From: Acidobacteriota bacterium
GTDB taxonomy: Bacteria; Acidobacteriota; Vicinamibacteria; Vicinamibacterales; UBA2999
Assembly (NCBI GenBank): GCA_031364805.1
Contig: JANLWW010000011.1
Coordinates: 9,149 to 73,148 of the forward strand
Length of the DNA: 64,000 nt
Reading direction: 5' to 3'
Every line of letters begins with the position of its first letter. Within the stretch, counting starts at the first letter, position 1. Both the position numbers and the translations under genes were made by a program. The notes under the pieces are model-generated. The model did no database searches. It was not told the DNA's origin and saw only the letters and a program-made list of their open reading frames with translations. Positions 28,902-35,653 of the stretch are shown here, in pieces.

Positions 28902-28915
28902 GGGGAAAATCCCTC

Positions 28916-29863
28916 GTGAGAACCCGGGAGCAGGAGGTCGAGCCGCTCATCAACCTGTCGGAGATCACCGAGGTCGAGCTGCTCATCCTCAAGCGGATGC
29001 GCGAGTTCACGATCGGCGAACACTCCAGCATGTTCCATGGCACGGGGTTCGATTTCGTGGGCCTGCGCGACTGGCAGGCCGGCGACCGCTTCGAGGCGAT
29101 TGACTGGGCGCAATCGTCGCTCACCAATTTCAGCCCGCTGATCGTGCGCGAGTTCGAACAGCCGACCACCTCGGGCGTGATCCTGGTCGCCGATCGTTCC
29201 GCCTCGACGCGTTGCGGCGCCGACCCGTCGGCCAAGGGCGATCGTCGCGGCTTACAGATCGCCACGCTGATTGCGCGATCGGTCGCTACCATCGGCATGT
29301 CAGCGGTGTTCTTCCAGGACTCGATCGGCCTGGTGACCTTCGACGAAGGCTTCCATACGCTGGGCGCCGTGCGCCCGCGCATTGGCAAAGGCCAGGTGAT
29401 TCACTGCCTCGAGGCCTACCAGGACGGCTTTGGGCTTCAGGAACTGAAGAACTCCGGCAGCCTGAGCGCGACGCTCACCGGCTTTTCACGCAAGACGTCG
29501 ATGATGCCGGTGATCTCCGACTTCCTGTTCGATGATGCGCCGGCGTTCTTGCGGGAGCTGTCGCAAGTCGACAACGTGCACGACGTGTTCATCATGATGG
29601 TGGACGCCTCGTTCGCCTTCGAGCTGCCGCGGGTGTCGGCCGGCTGGGTCGAGGTCTACGACGTCGAGACCGGCAACACGCGCATGATGTCGCGCCGCGA
29701 ACTGAGCCGCCAGAGCGAGCGCATTCGCGCGTGGCAGGACGACGTGGCGCGGCAGGCCAAGGCGCTCGACCTCGACGTGATTCGCCTGGGCGTTGACCAG
29801 GTCAAGTTTGATGTGGCCCTCGTGGAATGGGTAGCTGAGCGCCGCTTGCGGCGGCGGAAATAA
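28916..29863 (+). CDS. DUF58 domain protein
   Basis: GTG start. HGTGFDFVGLRDWQAGDRFEAIDW block typical of DUF58. Positioned after MoxR as in Bat operons. Confidence 0.85.
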   Translation: MRTREQEVEPLINLSEITEVELLILKRMREFTIGEHSSMFHGTGFDFVGLRDWQAGDRFEAIDWAQSSLTNFSPLIVREFEQPTTSGVILVADRSASTRCGADPSAKGDRRGLQIATLIARSVATIGMSAVFFQDSIGLVTFDEGFHTLGAVRPRIGKGQVIHCLEAYQDGFGLQELKNSGSLSATLTGFSRKTSMMPVISDFLFDDAPAFLRELSQVDNVHDVFIMMVDASFAFELPRVSAGWVEVYDVETGNTRMMSRRELSRQSERIRAWQDDVARQAKALDLDVIRLGVDQVKFDVALVEWVAERRLRRRK

Positions 29864-29867
29864 CGAC

Positions 29868-31010
29868 ATGAACAAACACTCGCTCGTCTTCACTGTCCTG
29901 GCTGGTCTCGCACTGGCCTCGCCCGCGTTCGCGCAAACCGGCACCGACCTGGTCGAAGTCGAGCCCATCAAGTGCTGGTGGCGAACCTCCACCAGCGCGG
30001 TGCGCATCGGCGAATCCTTCGACGTGCGGCTGACCTGCGCCGTGGTGGAAACCGACGCCGCCAAGGTGGTGCCCGACCTGTCGAAGCTGGACCCGACGGT
30101 GGTGCAGCTGCCGCCGTTCGAGGTGCAGGGCGGTACCCACGCCGGCGACCTCGTGACGGCCGGCAAGCGCTTCATCCAGTACGACTACCGCATGCGGCTG
30201 ATTGCCGAAGACGCGTTTGGCGCCGACGTCGCCGTGCCGCCACTGGAAATCACCTATCGCGTCGAGAGCAAGGTGACCGGCGGCGATACCGTGCAGGGGC
30301 GAGAGTTGAACTACGCGCTGCCGCGCGCATCGGTCAAGTTGATCTCGGTCGTCCCCGGCGACACCTCCGACATCCGCGAGGTCCCCTCGGCAGCCTTTTC
30401 GACTATTGAGGCGCGCGACGTGCGAGCCGACCTGTTCCAGACCATTGCCGGTGTGCTGTTCGCGTTGGCCGGCGTCATGGTGGTCGTCATGTTGATCGGC
30501 TTGCTGCGCAGCAAGACCAAGACCACGGCCGAAACCCGCTTGCACCTGACGCCGCGCGCGATTCTGCGTCACGCCGCGAGTGAACTGAACGATGTGCAGC
30601 GGGCGGGCCGCGCGGGCTGGACGCCGGAACTGGCCGGCCGCGCCCTCTCGGCCGCGCGCATTGCCGGCAGCTACGCCTCGGGACGCGCCGTGGGCCAGCG
30701 GCCCGTCGGCGTCAAGGATCCGCTCGTCGACGGCGCGCTGCTGGTCGGCCGCGGCATGGGCCGGGCCAAGATGTACGTGTCCGGATCGGTCACGGCCGAA
30801 TCGGCGACCGACCCCACACTGGCCGACGCGCTCAAGACGCTCACCGTCGCCCGCTATGGCCGCAACGAGAAGTTTACCGACGCGGACGAGGCGGTCGGGA
30901 CGGCAATCCGGATTACCAGGCAACAGCAGTCGGCACACTCGCTGGTGGCGGATTGGTCGCGAGCGTTCGTGCGTTCGCTGGTCGACATGCGAAAGAAGGT
31001 CTGGGCGTAA
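29868..31010 (+). CDS. BatD-like membrane-anchored protein
   Basis: 380-aa ORF with a signal peptide, a beta-rich ectodomain, a single TM (LFQTIAGVLFALAGVMVVVMLIGLL) and a cytoplasmic tail. Confidence 0.4.
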   Translation: MNKHSLVFTVLAGLALASPAFAQTGTDLVEVEPIKCWWRTSTSAVRIGESFDVRLTCAVVETDAAKVVPDLSKLDPTVVQLPPFEVQGGTHAGDLVTAGKRFIQYDYRMRLIAEDAFGADVAVPPLEITYRVESKVTGGDTVQGRELNYALPRASVKLISVVPGDTSDIREVPSAAFSTIEARDVRADLFQTIAGVLFALAGVMVVVMLIGLLRSKTKTTAETRLHLTPRAILRHAASELNDVQRAGRAGWTPELAGRALSAARIAGSYASGRAVGQRPVGVKDPLVDGALLVGRGMGRAKMYVSGSVTAESATDPTLADALKTLTVARYGRNEKFTDADEAVGTAIRITRQQQSAHSLVADWSRAFVRSLVDMRKKVWA

Positions 31011-32114
31011 ATGCAGGTCTTTCGAGACCTCTCCGCACTCGTGCTGGCCACCTGGGCCGAGTGGGGGGAGCTGCGCCTCGAACGCCTGTTGTTTTCTGAG
31101 AGCGGCACCGCACGGCAGGTCGTGATGGCGTTGGCCGGCCTCGCCGCGATCTTCATGGTGATCCGGTCGTTCGGCGGTCGCAATCCCGGCCACCGCCGCA
31201 TGGCCCTGCCGGCCATCGTCACCAGCCCCGGTTGGTCGCGGGCTTCGCTCACGCGTCATGGCGCGTTGATCCTCGCGCTGGCCGGGTTGCCCTTCTTCAT
31301 CCTGGCGCTGGCGGATCCCCGGACCTCGCTGACGCGCTCAGAGACCAGCTACCCTGGCCGCCGTATCAGCCTGCTGATCGACGCTTCATCCAGCATGCTC
31401 TCTGCCTTGCCATCGACCACGCTGGCCAAGGGCGCGCCGAACAACGCGGCCTTCTTCACCACGGTGGGCGCCGCGCGCTACTTCATCGAGAGGCGAATGG
31501 CCGGCAAGTACCGCGACCTGATGGCGCTGGTCGAGTTTGGCGATGACGCTTACGTGATCACGCCGTTTACCACTGACTACGAGAACATCCTGCTGAGCAC
31601 GGCGCTGATCGGCGATTGGAACGAATTCATGGCGTTCCCCGACCAGGGCACCGTGGTGGCGCGCGCGGTCGAGCAGGCCGTGGGGCTGTTCCAGGCGTTC
31701 GACTATCTCGACGCCTCGGGCAACCTGATGGTGGTCTTCACCGATGGCGCCGATGCCGACGTGCTCGAAAACGGCAAGACCGTGGACGACGTGCTGGCCG
31801 AAGCGACCAAGGCAAAGATTCCGGTTTACCTGATCAAGATCGGCGGCAACATCCAGAACAAGCGGAGCGTCGCCGACGAACTGTGGATTGGCGCCGTGAA
31901 GCGCACCGGCGGGCAGTTTTTTTCCGGCGGCGACGAGGCGACGATCATCCAGGCGATCCAGGCGATCGATCGGCTGTCGGCCGGCACCATCGCGATCAAG
32001 CAGTACAGCACTGAGCGGCCGCGGTATGCACCGTTCGCCATGACCGCGGTGGCGCTGTGGTGCGCGGCCTTGCTGTTGCGGTTCACGATACCGACGTTCC
32101 AGACATTTCCGTAG
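31011..32114 (+). CDS. VWA domain membrane protein (BatA-like)
   Basis: N-terminal TMs, a MIDAS-type DxSxS motif (LLIDASSSM) and a C-terminal TM. Confidence 0.8.
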   Translation: MQVFRDLSALVLATWAEWGELRLERLLFSESGTARQVVMALAGLAAIFMVIRSFGGRNPGHRRMALPAIVTSPGWSRASLTRHGALILALAGLPFFILALADPRTSLTRSETSYPGRRISLLIDASSSMLSALPSTTLAKGAPNNAAFFTTVGAARYFIERRMAGKYRDLMALVEFGDDAYVITPFTTDYENILLSTALIGDWNEFMAFPDQGTVVARAVEQAVGLFQAFDYLDASGNLMVVFTDGADADVLENGKTVDDVLAEATKAKIPVYLIKIGGNIQNKRSVADELWIGAVKRTGGQFFSGGDEATIIQAIQAIDRLSAGTIAIKQYSTERPRYAPFAMTAVALWCAALLLRFTIPTFQTFP

Positions 32115-32160
32115 ATGCAGGGGCGGGTCTCCGAGACCCGCCATGAAGAAGGAGTTGAGC

Positions 32161-32802
32161 ATGAAATCGTCTTCTTGGTTCGGACAGGCACTGATCGCCG
32201 TGGTCTTGGTCGCCGGTGGCGCCATCCTGTGGCGGACATCGGAAGCAGAGCATCGGCTTGCCGCGGCCGAGCGCGACCTGGTGACGCTGCGCTACGACGA
32301 AGCGAGCCAGGCGCAGGGGCCAGGACGCATCGCCAGTCTGATGCCCGGTAACGGCAGCCTCGCCGCCGATGCCAAGTCGCTGAACGCCACCGCAGCCTAC
32401 TGGCAGGGCGACTACGACACGGTGGCGTCGAACACCGACGCCAAGCTGCTAGCGGCCAATGCCGCCTATCGCACGGCACGCAAGGAGGGCGGTACCTGGC
32501 AGGCGGTCGTCGGCAAGTTGGACTCCGTGGTCAAGAGCTATGCCGAGATCCTGCGCGAGCAGCCCGACAACGCGGAGGCGGCCTTCAACTACGAGTACAC
32601 CGTTCGCCTGCGCGCTGTGCTGGCGGCCCGCAAGCAGCCGGTAGCGCCGTTCAACGCGTTGGTCACCCTGCACGGCTTCGAGGGCGCGCCGCCCGAAGAG
32701 TCGGACATGAAAAAGTTCAAGATGATTGTCCCGATGCGCCCGGACGAGCGCCTCGAAGCCGAGAAGGCCGGCAAGGGAACGACGAAGGTACGGAAGGGAT
32801 AG
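32161..32802 (+). CDS. single-pass membrane protein with helical (TPR-like) ectodomain
   Basis: ATG 32161 is preceded by GGAG. The upstream in-frame ATG 32143 abuts a strong hairpin (32122-32142). TM segment WFGQALIAVVLVAGGAILW. Confidence 0.5.
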   Translation: MKSSSWFGQALIAVVLVAGGAILWRTSEAEHRLAAAERDLVTLRYDEASQAQGPGRIASLMPGNGSLAADAKSLNATAAYWQGDYDTVASNTDAKLLAANAAYRTARKEGGTWQAVVGKLDSVVKSYAEILREQPDNAEAAFNYEYTVRLRAVLAARKQPVAPFNALVTLHGFEGAPPEESDMKKFKMIVPMRPDERLEAEKAGKGTTKVRKG

Positions 32803-32807
32803 AACCA

Positions 32808-32846
32808 GGCTTGGGGACTTGGGGACTTGGGGACTTGAGGCTTGGG
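32808..32846 (+). repeat. G-tract octamer tandem repeat (GGGGACTT/GGCTTGGG)
   Basis: ggcttggggacttggggacttggggacttgaggcttggg ends 6 nt before ATG 32853. Confidence 0.9.
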
Positions 32847-32852
32847 CAATAG

Positions 32853-33941
32853 ATGAAGTTCGGCGCGCCTGGATTCTTACCGCTGCTGGCGATTCCGGCC
32901 CTGCTGTTGGTGCTGTGGGTGTGGCAGGTCTGGCGGCGGCGTGCCGACGTGCACGCCTTCATGAACCAACGCCAGGTGCCGGTCCATGAGCGTGTGCCGT
33001 TTTTTGGCGAGCTGTTGTTCTGGTTCTGCCTGGTGCTGGCAGCGGCGGCCGGCATCGGGTCGCTCGCGCGGCCGCAGGCCGTCACGTCGCTGGTGCGGAC
33101 CGCGGGCGTCGACCTCGTGATCCTGCAGGACGGCTCGGCCTCGATGCACGTGCAGGACGTCCGTGGCAACCGGTGGCAGCGGTCCATGCGCTTTCTGCGC
33201 ACGCTGGGAGAATCGCTGCGCTGGGACAACGATCGCGTCGCCATGGCACTGTTCGCGCACATGGCCACGCCGCAGATTCGCCTGACCAAGGACCCGAATA
33301 CCTATTTCTTTTTCCTCGATCACCTCGAAGACAAGTCGCCGTTCCGGCTGGAAGATGACGGCACGTGGGACACCAACATCGAGCGCGGCATTTATTGGGG
33401 ACTGCGCCTGATTGAGAAGGACGAGGAGATTCGCCGCGCCTCGGGCCTGGACGAGAAGGCCGGCGAAAACAGCAACGCCAAGGCGTTCGTGTTGATTTCC
33501 GATGGCCAGTCGTGGAGTGGCGAAGTCGCCAAGTCCCTCGCGCTGGCGCAGGAACGCGGCGTCCCCCTCAACGTGGTCGGCATCGGCACCACCGCCGGGG
33601 GATTGATTCCCGATCCCAAACGGCAGCCGGGCCAGCCGCTGCTGCGGTCGGCGCTCAATCGCGCGGAGCTGACCCGGCTGGCGACCGCTGGCGGCGGCCG
33701 GTACTTCGAGATCGACCGCGACAGCGACCGCGACATCGCCAACGCGGTGATCGAGCAGACGCGCCGGCGCGCGGGGTCGACCGGGATCCAGGAAGGGGTC
33801 CAGGAGTTGTACTGGAACTTCTTGCTGGGGGCCGGTGCGCTGATTGTGCTGGGAGTACTGTTCTTGCGCGACCGCGTGGCGCTGGCACTGCAATTGACAG
33901 CTGCAGCAGCCGTGCTCGTGTTCGTGTCGGCGGTATTCTAG
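32853..33941 (+). CDS. VWA domain membrane protein (BatB-like)
   Basis: N-terminal TMs, MIDAS DGSAS (LVILQDGSASM) and a C-terminal TM pair. Confidence 0.8.
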   Translation: MKFGAPGFLPLLAIPALLLVLWVWQVWRRRADVHAFMNQRQVPVHERVPFFGELLFWFCLVLAAAAGIGSLARPQAVTSLVRTAGVDLVILQDGSASMHVQDVRGNRWQRSMRFLRTLGESLRWDNDRVAMALFAHMATPQIRLTKDPNTYFFFLDHLEDKSPFRLEDDGTWDTNIERGIYWGLRLIEKDEEIRRASGLDEKAGENSNAKAFVLISDGQSWSGEVAKSLALAQERGVPLNVVGIGTTAGGLIPDPKRQPGQPLLRSALNRAELTRLATAGGGRYFEIDRDSDRDIANAVIEQTRRRAGSTGIQEGVQELYWNFLLGAGALIVLGVLFLRDRVALALQLTAAAAVLVFVSAVF

Positions 33942-33943
33942 GG

Positions 33944-33976
33944 GGCTTGAGGGCTTGGAGGCTTGGCCCTCAAGCC
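33944..33976. terminator. bidirectional hairpin between convergent genes (10-bp stem GGCTTGAGGG/CCCTCAAGCC)
   Basis: Perfect 10-bp stem with a 13-nt loop, built from the same GGCTTG-type repeat. Lies between stop 33941 (+) and stop 33976 (-). Confidence 0.5.
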
Positions 33977-34374
33977 TAGACGTGTGGGAACTTCGGGTTC
34001 CACGCCACTTCCCATAGGAACCCATCCGGGTCGGCAAAGTAGCCGGCGAAGCCTCCCCAGTCCGTGTATTGCCCGGCCTTGACCAGGCGTCCGCCACCGG
34101 CGACCGCCTGTGCGATCAACGCGTCCACTTCTTCGATCGAGCGCACGTTGTGGGCAAGGGCGAAACCGGGGAATCCTGACCCAGTGTCGGGCACACCAGC
34201 ATCCGCAGCGAGCGACTCGCGCGGATAAAGCGACAGCCACGTCTTGCCCATCTCGAAGAACGCCACGGTTGGCGGCGTCGGCTTCTGCGGCAGGCCGAGC
34301 ACCTCGCGATAGAAGCGCGTCGCCCGCTCGAGATCGGTCACGCCGAGGGTGATGAAGGAAACGCGTGGTTCCAT
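33976..34374 (-). CDS. VOC (glyoxalase/bleomycin-resistance) family protein
   Basis: 132-aa ORF. FITLGVTDLERATRFYREVLGL is a typical VOC N-terminus. Confidence 0.8.
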   Translation of the reverse strand: MEPRVSFITLGVTDLERATRFYREVLGLPQKPTPPTVAFFEMGKTWLSLYPRESLAADAGVPDTGSGFPGFALAHNVRSIEEVDALIAQAVAGGGRLVKAGQYTDWGGFAGYFADPDGFLWEVAWNPKFPHV

Positions 34375-34436
34375 CGGGCTAGCCTAGCCTGTCGGCACAT
34401 GGTTGAACAGGAGGCGAGGAGTTCAGGAGGCTGCGC

Positions 34437-34861
34437 TCAGGACTTCTTGACGAGCACGACGCGCCTATTCTTCGCGCGGCCGTCGTCAGTCGTGTTATCG
34501 CCGGCCGGCTGTGTGTCGCCGAGCCCGGCGGTGGCCAGGCGAGCGGCGTCGATGCCGCCGGTCACCAGGAATGCCTTCACCGCGTCGGCACGATCTTTCG
34601 AGAGTGTCAGATTCGCTGCCTTGGCGCCGACGTTGTCGGTGTGTCCCTGGATCTCGAGCTTCAGCGCGCCGTCGGTCGTGAGCAGCTCGAGCACGGTCTT
34701 GAGCGGCGCCTGGGATTCAGGCTTGATCGTGGCTTTCGCGGTGTCGAAGAGAATGTTGTTCAGCGTCACGGTGCCGCTTGCCGCCAGCGCATCGGCGAGA
34801 TCCTTGGCCTGGCCAGCGTCAGCAGGCCGATAGTGAAGACCGTCACGAGGTTTGTACGCAT
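34437..34861 (-). CDS. OmpA-family peptidoglycan-binding protein, apparent frameshift near the signal-peptide junction
   Basis: The C-terminal OmpA-like domain (ILFDTAKATI...GHTDNVG...NRRVVLV) is in one frame. A GGAGGG RBS, ATG 34861 and the signal peptide MRTNLVTVFTIGLLTLA are in another frame. The switch is needed around 34810-34815. Confidence 0.6.
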
Positions 34862-34885
34862 GTCCCTCCAATCTGGGGCCGCACT

Positions 34886-35122
34886 CTACTTGAGCGCAGC
34901 GTAGTTCAACGCGGCAACTTTCTGAAGGATGACAGAATCTGCGCGGGCGGTGAACTTGGGATCGTCGAGGCTGCCGAACCACAGGTCGACGTCCTGAGTG
35001 ACCACCGGCGCGCCTTGCAACGCGGCAGCCGAGAGCCCGACTATCAGGAAACGGACCTGATGATGGACTAGCTCGCGCAGAAGGCGGAGCTCACGTTCGG
35101 TAGGCAGCGGCAGCTCGGCCAC
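34886..35122 (-). CDS. small nucleotidyltransferase-like protein (possibly truncated)
   Basis: 78-aa ORF. FLIVGLSAAALQGAPVVTQDVDLWF resembles a minimal NTase G-x-x-A...D-x-D core. Confidence 0.3.
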   Translation of the reverse strand: MAELPLPTERELRLLRELVHHQVRFLIVGLSAAALQGAPVVTQDVDLWFGSLDDPKFTARADSVILQKVAALNYAALK

Positions 35123-35348
35123 GGAGGAGACTTCGATTGAGGCGAGTGAGTGGGTCTAAGCGCAGCAGGGCGAGCGTGTGGCGAACCGTGTCTGGGTCGA
35201 GACCCGGACTGCGCTGAAGTGCCGACGCGACCTCACGGAGCAGGTCGGCAGCATCTGAAAGGGCGGATTCCACCACCTCCTGCTCGGTCCGGCGCTTCCG
35301 CACCAGTGGCATGTCCACGACGGTCATTGTCACGCCTCGCGCACTCAA
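35091..35348 (-). CDS. hypothetical small protein upstream of the NTase-like ORF
   Basis: 85-aa ORF overlapping the downstream ORF by 32 nt. No recognisable motif. Confidence 0.2.
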   Translation of the reverse strand: MSARGVTMTVVDMPLVRKRRTEQEVVESALSDAADLLREVASALQRSPGLDPDTVRHTLALLRLDPLTRLNRSLLRGRAAAAYRT

Positions 35349-35370
35349 GCGTCAACCCAGAGGATGCGAA

Positions 35371-35538
35371 TGGTGCTTCGAGTTCGTGGATTGTGAGGAT
35401 ATTGGGGTGATTCAGCGCTGGCACCGTCCGTGCCTCGCGCTCGAATCGACCGACAAGATTCAAGTCGTGCAGCAAATCGGCCGGGAGGAACTTGAGAGCG
35501 ACGCGACGTCCGAGGATGAGATCATCCACCTCGCCCAT
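35371..35538 (-). pseudogene. Ser/Thr protein kinase 5' remnant
   Basis: The translation [19 protein letters not shown]...[22 protein letters not shown] covers Hanks subdomains I-III only and then degenerates. Confidence 0.55.
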
Positions 35539-35653
35539 CCACCGTCGCCCGTTGCTCGCCGACCAGCCTCGCGGACAACGGTTTCGGCCAATACGCGAAA
35601 AGCCCTAGCGTATGTATACTCGTCGCGGCCGACAGCAACGCGCCGCTTACCAG

